This document shows positions 1 through 8,917 of a stretch of 64,000 nt of DNA, piece after piece. Both the position numbers and the translations under genes were made by a program. This DNA comes from Candidatus Nanohaloarchaea archaeon (lineage in GTDB: Archaea > Nanohalarchaeota > Nanosalinia > Nanosalinales > Nanosalinaceae). The stretch covers positions 160,001 through 224,000 of the forward strand of contig JBEQBC010000001.1 of NCBI GenBank assembly GCA_041640035.1. The letters are read 5' to 3'. The notes below the pieces were generated by a model. It did not search any database. It saw only the letters and a list, made by a program, of their open reading frames with translations, and was not told where the DNA came from. Numbering within the stretch: the stretch's first letter is position 1; each line of letters opens with the position of its first letter.

Positions 1-2
1 CA

Positions 3-290
3 CCAGCAGTAGGTGTAGGTTACCTAACGATGCAGTTCATCTTGACACCTTTAACCGGTACAGGAACACTTCTATTCCTCACTGCCACAACATTGATCTC
101 AACAATCGGTTTTGTGCTATCGCTTCCACAGATTGAAACCATTTTCATGGAGAAACTATCGGACAGCACACAGATCTACTGGATCACGATCATCGCAGTA
201 TTCCTTATCACGGTAGGAATGGCCTATCTAAGCGTAACATTCGTTGGAGCTGAATACACACAGTTCATGACACAGAATACAACGGGATGA
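3..290 (+). CDS. Membrane protein, 5'-partial
   Basis: Frame open from the window edge (PAVGVGYLT precedes M30); hydrophobic segments. Confidence 0.65.
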   Translation, partial: PAVGVGYLTMQFILTPLTGTGTLLFLTATTLISTIGFVLSLPQIETIFMEKLSDSTQIYWITIIAVFLITVGMAYLSVTFVGAEYTQFMTQNTTG

Positions 291-321
291 ATTTTTATGT
301 TACAAGTAACAAACAGTCTTT

Positions 322-834
322 ATGACTGATTTCGAGAGATCGCTGGTAAACTCCTTCAACAAATACTTTGACCAGGAAGGAATGCAGGGAATAGCCCATA
401 GAAAGAAACAGCACCGTTTTTCCAGCCAGCTATGTGATGTACTGGTCGACTCACCGCATGAAACATTTTACCTCGCGATCGAGAACAAATCAGTCAAGGA
501 AAGTTCCACAAACAAACTTTACTTCTCTCAGCACTTCTCGGTATCTGATGGTGGCCACCAAGTCGAACGAATAACAGATTTCCTCAACCGTTCAGGCCGT
601 ACAGGATTCCTCGCAGTAGAAATCAAAAGAGGAAGAGGAAAAAGCCGGCAAGCCTACATGGTTCCATGGAAATACCTGCTGGAAAAGTACGAGAGCGACG
701 AAGCAGGACTGCACTTAGATGAGATCAGAAGGTTCCCGGAACTGTTCAGGGACTCCGCGGAGTACGATATCGGCGAGAACATAGCCGAGATATTTATAGA
801 AAAGACCTATAATACCGAAACAGTGGAACAGTGA
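322..834 (+). CDS. PD-(D/E)xK nuclease, Holliday junction resolvase-like (Hjc/RecU-like)
   Basis: N-terminal FERSL, CDVLVD and AIENKS motifs; GFLAVEIK. Confidence 0.75.
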   Translation: MTDFERSLVNSFNKYFDQEGMQGIAHRKKQHRFSSQLCDVLVDSPHETFYLAIENKSVKESSTNKLYFSQHFSVSDGGHQVERITDFLNRSGRTGFLAVEIKRGRGKSRQAYMVPWKYLLEKYESDEAGLHLDEIRRFPELFRDSAEYDIGENIAEIFIEKTYNTETVEQ

Positions 835-1451
835 GCGAGATAAAATCAAGCTTCCATCCATCAGCAGATGACATACAGGCATTCCTGCTATCATCAGCAC
901 TGATATCAGCAGCCTTCATAGTATTCTACGAAAACTATACAACTGCAGCCGCACTCACAACAGTACTAGGATCCGTACTCGTACTTCTGGCTAGGGAAAC
1001 AGGTCAGAGAACCGTAGCACAATGGATGGACGCATATGTAGACCTAGAAGTATCACAGGAAGGATCAGTCACCACAGTCCTCGGAATAATAATCACAGCA
1101 CTCACAAACCTGCCTCTACTGCTTCTATTCCCGCTTCAATCAGAGTTCGAAGGCCACAAATACGAACAATGGGGTAAATCAGTTGACGCCATCTGGGCCA
1201 AAAGACAGTACTGGCTCGTATCCGGAGGAATAATAGGAATGCTAACCCTCTCCATACTCGCATTAATCGCCGGCTTCACACAGACCGCTCAGATGAGCAT
1301 CTACTTCGGAACACTACAGCTCCTTCCATTCGACTTCTGGGGAATACCAACAGGAGAACTGGACGGAGCATACATCCTGCGGTGGAGCGGCTTCACATGG
1401 CTGGCAATGATGGGAGCCAATCTCATAATTCTCGGACTCACCGTGGTCTAA
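831..1451 (+). CDS. Membrane protein, degenerate M50/site-2 protease-like
   Basis: Multiple TM segments; QLLP...ELDG resembles NLLP..LDG; the HExxH position reads RETGQ. Confidence 0.6.
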   Translation: MSEIKSSFHPSADDIQAFLLSSALISAAFIVFYENYTTAAALTTVLGSVLVLLARETGQRTVAQWMDAYVDLEVSQEGSVTTVLGIIITALTNLPLLLLFPLQSEFEGHKYEQWGKSVDAIWAKRQYWLVSGGIIGMLTLSILALIAGFTQTAQMSIYFGTLQLLPFDFWGIPTGELDGAYILRWSGFTWLAMMGANLIILGLTVV

Positions 1452-1496
1452 AATCATTTACTTTAATATTCCCGCAACCGCAAAAGTTGAATTGTA

Positions 1497-2759
1497 ATGC
1501 CAAAGATCAGTGTTGGAAGAGGAGAAAGTGAACGAGAAGAACACGGACTGGACGGAACAGGAGTTATCGGAAGACATCTCGTAGGAGAAAACGAAGAAGC
1601 ACATATGGCAAACCCGATCTACTTCGATGTAGCCACTCCCCATGTCATGGGAGTATTCGGAAAAAGAGGAACCGGAAAATCCTACTCACTCGGAACACTG
1701 GCAGAAGAAATACAGGACACCAAGATATCAGACAACCTTTCTACCATCATAGTCGACCCGATGGGTATCTACTGGTCCATGAAACGGCCAAACGACCGTA
1801 TGGCAAGCGAACTCGACAACTGGGATATCAAACCCGAAGCCATGGATGTACAGGTATTCATCCCACAGGGTAAACAGAAAGAATTCGAAGAAAAAGAGAT
1901 GCCCTACGATAAGACATTCAGCTTGAAAGCAGGAGACTTCTCAACCTCAGAATGGCGGATGGCATTTGACATAGAAGCCAACGAAAAAGAAGGAATACTA
2001 CTACAGAGAGTTATATCAGAACTATCCGAAAAATTCGGATCAGAATACACACTAGACCACATAATAAAAGCACTAAGCAACTTCGACTTCGATGAAGCCA
2101 CAGTAAAATCCCTGGAAAACCGGTTCATGTCCGCAAAAGACTGGGGAGTATTCGGAAAAGAATCCTCACTCGACGAATTTACCAACCGAGGAGAACTATC
2201 AGTAATCGACCTATCAGTCTTCGGAGACATGAGCTCAGGATGGTCAGTAAGAGGACTGGTCGTCGGACTGCTGGCAAGAAAACTACTAGCAGACAGAATG
2301 GCAGCAAGAAGAATGGAGGAGCTGGACGAGATGCAGGGTATAAGCAAGAACGAGATGCCTATCGTCTGGATGCTAATCGACGAGGCACACCAGTTCCTGC
2401 CCGCAAAGGGAGAAACACCGGCCTCCAAACCACTGCTCCGATGGGTCAAGATCGGAAGAGAACCAGGAGTATCACTCGCACTCTGTACACAGCAGCCCGC
2501 AAAGCTGCATCCAAACGCATTATCACAGTGCGATATCATTCTTTCACATCGTTTAACAGCGAAACAGGATATCGAGGCGCTTGGAGAGATTATGCAGAGC
2601 TACATGCGACATGACCTGGCACATTACATCGATGCGCTTCCAGACCGTCCTGGAACCGGTATCGTGCTTGACGACAACTCGGAGAGAGTTTACCCTGTAC
2701 AGATGAGACCGCGTAAATCATGGCATGCAGGAGGAACACCGGATGCATTCGAGGACTAG
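1497..2759 (+). CDS. HerA/FtsK-family (DUF87) P-loop ATPase
   Basis: Walker A GKRGTGKS, IVDPMG, Walker B LIDEAH, GREPG, TQQP. Confidence 0.9.
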   Translation: MPKISVGRGESEREEHGLDGTGVIGRHLVGENEEAHMANPIYFDVATPHVMGVFGKRGTGKSYSLGTLAEEIQDTKISDNLSTIIVDPMGIYWSMKRPNDRMASELDNWDIKPEAMDVQVFIPQGKQKEFEEKEMPYDKTFSLKAGDFSTSEWRMAFDIEANEKEGILLQRVISELSEKFGSEYTLDHIIKALSNFDFDEATVKSLENRFMSAKDWGVFGKESSLDEFTNRGELSVIDLSVFGDMSSGWSVRGLVVGLLARKLLADRMAARRMEELDEMQGISKNEMPIVWMLIDEAHQFLPAKGETPASKPLLRWVKIGREPGVSLALCTQQPAKLHPNALSQCDIILSHRLTAKQDIEALGEIMQSYMRHDLAHYIDALPDRPGTGIVLDDNSERVYPVQMRPRKSWHAGGTPDAFED

Positions 2760-3273
2760 CCTAATAGAACAGTTTTTCCAGGAAGAAGTATTCAGCACAG
2801 CTATATCCATCTTTCTAGCACCTGTGCAGAACACAGATATAGTTCCAACGGTCCTACCGCTTATTCTTGGAGGACTGATAGTTGAACTCTACCTCGGAAA
2901 GTACAAGAGCGAGGATCTTGGATGGAATACAGCGGTAGGAAACGCAGTAGTCTGGTTCGCAACAGGAGTATCACTTCTCGTAACTGAAAGCCTCGAAGGA
3001 CTGGAGGTACAGGCCACTTTCTTCCTCATACTCCTCGGACTATTCGTAGGCTTCATGGACTTCTTCCATATATGGCCGGCAAGAATAGCCTTCCTTGTAT
3101 CATCATCAGGCCTGGTATACACAATCGCCTACACGATTGTCGTCATGATAAAGACGGGTATCGAGGTCAATCACTCAACTCTGATAGGCGCAGGGCTTTT
3201 CATAGCTTTGATACAGGCGGGATTCCTTTTCATCAAGTTCATAGAACAGCCAAGAGACAGTATCGGTATATGA
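2743..3273 (+). CDS. Multi-pass membrane protein (start uncertain, 2725 or 2743)
   Basis: About 5 hydrophobic helices; overlaps the end of the HerA gene. Confidence 0.7.
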   Translation: MHSRTSLIEQFFQEEVFSTAISIFLAPVQNTDIVPTVLPLILGGLIVELYLGKYKSEDLGWNTAVGNAVVWFATGVSLLVTESLEGLEVQATFFLILLGLFVGFMDFFHIWPARIAFLVSSSGLVYTIAYTIVVMIKTGIEVNHSTLIGAGLFIALIQAGFLFIKFIEQPRDSIGI

Positions 3274-3328
3274 AAAAGGTCTGTGGCGGGAAACGGTTTT
3301 ATCATTTAACCTACTCAACATCTACTAG

Positions 3329-5494
3329 ATGTCCGACCTTCTGAAGACCGACAAGATAGAGCAGAGAACCTACCAGGGAGTGATAGCCGCGTCCGCGATG
3401 GACAAAAACACGCTGGTAGTCCTTCCTACAGGCCTTGGAAAAACAGTTATCGCCGCCATGGTCGCAGCGAAGAAACTGGAGGAAGGAAAAGTACTCTTCA
3501 TGGCTCCAACCAAACCACTGGTACAACAGCACTTCAAAACATTCAACGAATTCCTGCATGTCGACAGCAGCGTAATGCATATCATGACAGGAAGCACACG
3601 GCCAGCAGAAAGATACGAAAAATGGCAGAACGGCAAAGTATTCTTCGGAACACCACAAGTAGTTGAAAACGACCTGATATCCGGAGAAGTACCCACAGAA
3701 GAATTCTCACTTGTAATATTCGATGAAGCACATAGAGCAACGGGAGACTACAGCTATGTATTCATAAACGAGAAAATGAAGTCCCAGAAACTAGCCTTGA
3801 CCGCATCACCAGGAGGCTCAAAAGAGAAGATCATGGAGGTAGCGGACAACCTGGACATTGAGAACTTCGAGGTACGTACAGAAGACGATCCCGATGTAAA
3901 ACCGTTCATCGAGGACAAACAGGTTGACTGGACACATGTATCCCTGGACGATACCTTCGAGAAGGCGAGAGAACATCTTCAGAATGCATACAGAGAACAG
4001 TTGAAGAAACTGAAATCCATGGGTATGCTGGACTCGACCTCCGATGTACACAAAGGAGAACTCCTGAAACTGAGAGGAGAGATAAGCAGCAAACTATCAA
4101 CCTCGGATGACTCCAAACTTTACTCAGCAATCTCACGCGTAGCAACCGGACTAAAAATCTCCCAGGCTATCGAACTACTGGAAACACAGGGAGTAAGCCA
4201 GGCATACGACTACCTTCAGGGACTTGAAACTGATGACTCCAAGGCAGCTGGAAGAGCACTTGAAAACGAAGATGTACAGAGAGCCAAACAGTTAATCACG
4301 CATCTGAAGAAGAAAGGAGAGGAGCACCCGAAGATCGATGAGCTACTGGACATACTGGGGGACATGGATGATGAAAACGCGATAGTATTCACAGAATACC
4401 GTGCCTCCGCTCAGAACATAGCAGATGAACTAGAGACGATAGGACTCTCCGCAACCAAGTTCATCGGGCAGCAGGGCGAGGAAGGAATGAGCCAGAGCGA
4501 TCAAATCGAAACACTGGACGAGTTCGAGAACGGAAAATATGATGTACTGGTATCCACTTCAATCGGAGAAGAAGGACTAGATATACCCGCTGTCGACTAT
4601 GTGATTTTCTACGAGCCTGTCGCATCAGGTATCAGGGATATTCAGAGAGCAGGTCGAACCGGTCGACAGGAAGAAGGAAAAGTAATAGTACTAATAGCAG
4701 AGAACACTAGAGACGAAGGTAACTACTGGAGCGCATACCACAAAAAGAAGAAGATGAACAATGTACTCCAGCAGCTGAAGGAGGAGGACATCGAGAGCTC
4801 CAAACAGCAAACCTTGGAACAGAACTACGACAACGAAGAAGATGAAGAGGAGGATGAAGAGGACGGCGTTACCGTAGTGGTAGACGACCGTGAAAACTCG
4901 GTAGCCAAGGAACTCTCCCGGAAAGAAATCGAAGTCGATAAGACCCGGCTTGAGGTAGCAGACTTCATGGTCTCCGATGACACAGTCGTGGAGAGAAAGA
5001 GAACCGACGACTTCGTTGACTCGATCGTTGATAACCGATTGTTTGATCAGATAAGAGAGATCCAGCAGTTCCAGAACCCGGTACTTCTTCTGGAGGGAGA
5101 AAACCTTTACACACATAGAGATATCTCTCCCGAGGCAATTCAAGGAGCCTTAACATCTATCATTCTGGATTATGAGATGCCTATACTCTGGAGCGATGAC
5201 GAAAGCGAAACTGTACAACTGCTTCTCTCAATGGCGAAAAGAGAGCAGGAAGAAAGAAACAAGGATGTACAGGTAAGAGGTCAGAGCGAAGGTAAGACAC
5301 AGGCAGAGCTACAGGAGTTCATCGCCGCTGGTCTACCAGGCGTAAATACGAAGATTGCGGAAAGACTGTTGAAGGAGTTCGGTGATCTGGAGAAGATATT
5401 TACCGCTTCAGAAGAAGAACTTAGAAATGTGGAGGGTATAGGCGAGAAGAAAGCCGAGAAAATCCGCTCCACAGTCAAAAGACAGTACGGGTGA
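3329..5494 (+). CDS. hef: Hef (FANCM/XPF-like) SF2 helicase with ERCC4 nuclease and HhH
   Basis: PTGLGKT, DEAH, TASPG, QRAGRTGR; VDDRE, VERKR; C-terminal HhH GIGEKKA. Confidence 0.93.
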   Translation: MSDLLKTDKIEQRTYQGVIAASAMDKNTLVVLPTGLGKTVIAAMVAAKKLEEGKVLFMAPTKPLVQQHFKTFNEFLHVDSSVMHIMTGSTRPAERYEKWQNGKVFFGTPQVVENDLISGEVPTEEFSLVIFDEAHRATGDYSYVFINEKMKSQKLALTASPGGSKEKIMEVADNLDIENFEVRTEDDPDVKPFIEDKQVDWTHVSLDDTFEKAREHLQNAYREQLKKLKSMGMLDSTSDVHKGELLKLRGEISSKLSTSDDSKLYSAISRVATGLKISQAIELLETQGVSQAYDYLQGLETDDSKAAGRALENEDVQRAKQLITHLKKKGEEHPKIDELLDILGDMDDENAIVFTEYRASAQNIADELETIGLSATKFIGQQGEEGMSQSDQIETLDEFENGKYDVLVSTSIGEEGLDIPAVDYVIFYEPVASGIRDIQRAGRTGRQEEGKVIVLIAENTRDEGNYWSAYHKKKKMNNVLQQLKEEDIESSKQQTLEQNYDNEEDEEEDEEDGVTVVVDDRENSVAKELSRKEIEVDKTRLEVADFMVSDDTVVERKRTDDFVDSIVDNRLFDQIREIQQFQNPVLLLEGENLYTHRDISPEAIQGALTSIILDYEMPILWSDDESETVQLLLSMAKREQEERNKDVQVRGQSEGKTQAELQEFIAAGLPGVNTKIAERLLKEFGDLEKIFTASEEELRNVEGIGEKKAEKIRSTVKRQYG

Positions 5495-5503
5495 CCTAAA
5501 GCA

Positions 5504-6469
5504 CTGGACGCTATAATAGTCGGAATCGATCCGGGAAACACATCAGCAGTAGCAGCAGTAAACATGGAAGGCGAAATCAAGTTTCTAGACAGCTGGCGTC
5601 ACGCATCCCAAAGCAAACTTATCAGAGAAATAATAGACGAAGGCAAACCCGTGGTAGTCGCATCAGATAAAGGCAAAACTCCTTCAACCGTCGAAAAAAT
5701 AGCAAGTTCTCTCGGAGCCGAAGTATTCGAACCAGAAGAAGATGTAGACTCAGATAAAAAAGATGAACTAGGTAAAGGAGATAACTCACATGAAAAAGAC
5801 GCTTCAGCATCAGCACTTAACGCATACAACCATCTGCACAGGGAAAGAAGAAAGATACGGAAGATAGCACAGAAAAAAGATGTATCCATCGACCTAGCCG
5901 CACAGAACTACTTTTTAGACAAGCAGATAGAATCTGAACCACAGGAACAGGTTGAAGATCCGGGTACATCTAAAGAAGCAGAGACCGCTGTTGAGAAGGA
6001 TCCCGAGAAAGATGCGGAGAAAGAAAGACTGGAAAAGAAAATAGAGAACCTAGAGGAACAAAACAAAGATCTTAGACAGAAGGTTTCAATTCTTGAAGAT
6101 GAGAAAGAGAGTCTGCAGGACAAATTAGATGATCTGAGAGAAGAAAACCGTTATGAAGCGGTGAAGGATCAGGAGATATCGAAACGGGATGCAGTTATAT
6201 CAGAAAAACAGGACAGAATCAACAGTCTTGAAAAGGAGATTGAGAACTCTAACCTGAGAGAAAAACAGTACAGGAAAGCCGTCAAACATATCTTCCACGA
6301 TAACTACATCGAACTGATACCGAAGGACGGAGATGAAGCAGTATTCAAATCTGACCAATACAATATAGAAGACTTGGAGGGAGTTGAGCTTGATAAGTAC
6401 TTCCTGCTTCTTCAGAAACCTGAACCTGACATGAAAAAGGTTCTCAACGAATTCAAGGAGGAAGAATAA
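5504..6469 (+). CDS. DUF460 domain protein (RNase H-like N-terminus plus coiled coil), probable CTG start
   Basis: IIVGIDPG lies in frame upstream of ATG 5564; NSHEKDA motif; GGTGA 9 nt before CTG 5504. Confidence 0.75.
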   Translation: MDAIIVGIDPGNTSAVAAVNMEGEIKFLDSWRHASQSKLIREIIDEGKPVVVASDKGKTPSTVEKIASSLGAEVFEPEEDVDSDKKDELGKGDNSHEKDASASALNAYNHLHRERRKIRKIAQKKDVSIDLAAQNYFLDKQIESEPQEQVEDPGTSKEAETAVEKDPEKDAEKERLEKKIENLEEQNKDLRQKVSILEDEKESLQDKLDDLREENRYEAVKDQEISKRDAVISEKQDRINSLEKEIENSNLREKQYRKAVKHIFHDNYIELIPKDGDEAVFKSDQYNIEDLEGVELDKYFLLLQKPEPDMKKVLNEFKEEE

Positions 6470-6473
6470 CAGT

Positions 6474-7052
6474 ATGAAGGACCTGAAACTAGAAAGATTC
6501 AAGGAGTTCGAGAAGAAGCTGGAAACCGAGAGGCAGGAAAAACTGTATCAGACCATGATATTCCTGGTCAAACTGGTCTTCCTGGGCCTCATATTCCGAT
6601 TGATACTTTTCATGTATCCAGACACCTATTCCCTTCAGAACGCTTTCGCATCACTGATCGCACTGATTCTCTCACCTTTTATGCAGATACAGGTCAACGA
6701 AATATATTTGCTTACCCTTGAAAACTCATACATAATTGTACAGGACTGTCTGGGCTGGAAATCCATGGCTGTATTCGCAGCGCTATTCTTCTCCTCAATA
6801 CCTGTCGAAAAAGTGAGAAATAATCTGGAGTACCTTTTGTACGGACTGGCAGCAATATTTGTCGCCAATATAATCCGTGTATCGACCACTGTCTACCTCG
6901 CAGAAATCGGATTAATCAGTTTTGAAGTTATTCACTCGCTGCTGTGGCGATGGGGACTCACTTTGATTGTGTTCGCTGTCTGGCTTTACTGGTTCACACA
7001 ACTCCTAGATACCGAAAGCGAAGATATTGACGAGGAAACCGATTCCGAGTGA
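6474..7052 (+). CDS. Archaeosortase/exosortase family protein
   Basis: TM protein with Cys (DCLG), Arg (NIIRV) and His (IHS) triad. Confidence 0.85.
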   Translation: MKDLKLERFKEFEKKLETERQEKLYQTMIFLVKLVFLGLIFRLILFMYPDTYSLQNAFASLIALILSPFMQIQVNEIYLLTLENSYIIVQDCLGWKSMAVFAALFFSSIPVEKVRNNLEYLLYGLAAIFVANIIRVSTTVYLAEIGLISFEVIHSLLWRWGLTLIVFAVWLYWFTQLLDTESEDIDEETDSE

Positions 7053-7838
7053 AGTAAAATCAGTCAGTAGAAGAGCTACAGGGAAAACAGGTACGAAACG
7101 GATACCTGACTTAACCTTCACAGACTCAACATCACTCTTCTTCAACTCCTCAAGTTCATCCTCCTCGATACCTCTTATACGGCCATCCAAGGCCTCTGTA
7201 TCCACAATCTCACCCGGTTGAACATCTTCAATATCTTTCTCAACTTCGAACACTTCAGACTCTATCGCTCGCATAAAACGGATCAGAAGAACCATAGATA
7301 TGAAGAAAACTGCGTACAGGAATCCCTGCATACCCGCTTTCTGGGCGATAAAGGCAAACATCAGGCTTCCCATCAGTTCGAGTACAAGCCGCGTCTTATC
7401 CGTTCTCAGGTTTTCATATGTCTTTGAAAGCACCTTTTCCGGCTTCCTTGCTGCCAGAACTATAGACCAGACAAGTGTTACCAATAGTCCTGCGATCAAC
7501 AGGTTTACTATCAGGTCGATGCTGTAGCCGGAGGTTATACCTGAGACTCCGTATGGTGCGGTGAATCCTAGTACTGCTAGTGCCAGTGCGTCTGCTCCTC
7601 CCCAGCCTCCGAGTAGGTAGGCGGTCCAGCCCATGACGAAGAAGCCGGTTCCGATGCCGAGGCTCCATAGAATTGGTTGGATGCTTCCGGTTTGGATGGA
7701 TGCTCCTGCGTGTAAAAGTATTCCTAGTGCTATTCCTATCAGGCTGATGTAGTCGGGTACCTCTCCCTTTCTCAGGTCGTGTATTGAGGCGGCTAGAAGT
7801 GTTGCAAAACCTGCTGCGTGGGAGAGAGTTACTAGCAT
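7005..7838 (-). CDS. Prepilin/preflagellin peptidase (A24)
   Basis: HDLRKGEVPD, GGAD, C-terminal IRFVPVF. Confidence 0.9.
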   Translation of the reverse strand: MLVTLSHAAGFATLLAASIHDLRKGEVPDYISLIGIALGILLHAGASIQTGSIQPILWSLGIGTGFFVMGWTAYLLGGWGGADALALAVLGFTAPYGVSGITSGYSIDLIVNLLIAGLLVTLVWSIVLAARKPEKVLSKTYENLRTDKTRLVLELMGSLMFAFIAQKAGMQGFLYAVFFISMVLLIRFMRAIESEVFEVEKDIEDVQPGEIVDTEALDGRIRGIEEDELEELKKSDVESVKVKSGIRFVPVFPVALLLTDFTSLGIGFLVNIFAFGI

Positions 7839-7885
7839 AACAGTCTTTAAAACCAGCTGGAGTTATAATTTATACTGTTCTAACA

Positions 7886-8917
7886 ATGACAGAATGGGAA
7901 AATATAGTGATTGAAACAGGGATCGACACCCTGATGACATATCTATCTCAGAACGGAGAGGCTTCTCTATCCCGAATATCCAGCGATACAGGTATCTCAC
8001 AGCAGAGACTGAAGAACTGGGCGGACTCACTTGAAAAAGAGAACCTGCTCGAAAAAGAATACACCTACCGGAAAGGAATCGTACTCAAATACACAGAACA
8101 GAACAAAGAAGAAACAGAAGAACGGAAGGACGAACTTGAAGAAGACCTCGAAGAACATACGGACCAGGTCTCAGACGAGATGAAGGAAAGACTGGACGAC
8201 CTGAGAGAAACCAAGTCAGAGCTCAGAACCATATCCACAGATCTTGAAGAACAGAAACAGGATGAAGAAGAGATCAAGAAAAAGATCGATGCAGTAGAGG
8301 ATATGGAGGAAGAGCTCGAATCCAAACTTGAGGAAATGGATGACCTCAGCGATGAGGACATCAAAACCCTTCAGGATGTTGAGGAAACATTAGATAATAT
8401 TGAAGAAGTTGAGACAGCGGACTTCGAGCAGAACCGTGATCAAGTCAGAGCCAAGCTCAAAGCCCTCAACAAGCTCGAAGAACATATAGAGAACTATGAA
8501 GATAATGTAGAGGAGGAATCAGGAGGAATGCTATCGAAGATAAAATCATTCCTGCCAGGAGGAGGCTCCAAGCAGGATGAAGAATCAAGTGAAGCAGAAG
8601 AAAACCAGGAACCAGAGGAAACCGATGAAGATTCAGTAGAACTGGAGAAAACTCCGGATATTGACGAGGAAACAGAGATTGAGGAAGTAGAAGAAAGGGA
8701 GCCACGAGGCGAAGAAACAGGCTCTCATCCTATAACTGTTGATCATGTGGAGGATTCAGATGCATTTATCCACATGTTGAATAATTCGAACATTGATCAG
8801 TCGAAGGAGATGATTCAGATGATTGAGAATCCGGATTACGAGAGGCTTCTGGAGCTTGAGGAACAGGCTAAAGACCGTAAAACTCTGAAAAAATGGATTA
8901 AAAGGAGGATGGAGTAG
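7886..8917 (+). CDS. Acidic coiled-coil protein with N-terminal winged helix
   Basis: IETGIDTL...LKNWADSLEKENLL wHTH-like segment; long E/D-rich coil; abuts the pilus ATPase. Confidence 0.65.
   Translation: MTEWENIVIETGIDTLMTYLSQNGEASLSRISSDTGISQQRLKNWADSLEKENLLEKEYTYRKGIVLKYTEQNKEETEERKDELEEDLEEHTDQVSDEMKERLDDLRETKSELRTISTDLEEQKQDEEEIKKKIDAVEDMEEELESKLEEMDDLSDEDIKTLQDVEETLDNIEEVETADFEQNRDQVRAKLKALNKLEEHIENYEDNVEEESGGMLSKIKSFLPGGGSKQDEESSEAEENQEPEETDEDSVELEKTPDIDEETEIEEVEEREPRGEETGSHPITVDHVEDSDAFIHMLNNSNIDQSKEMIQMIENPDYERLLELEEQAKDRKTLKKWIKRRME

Noticed and set aside
1904-2539. Long antisense Ser-rich ORFs here and elsewhere (14820-15404, 16906-17448, 52231-52809)
   Set aside because: Shadows of Glu/Asp-rich codons on the coding strand; no motifs
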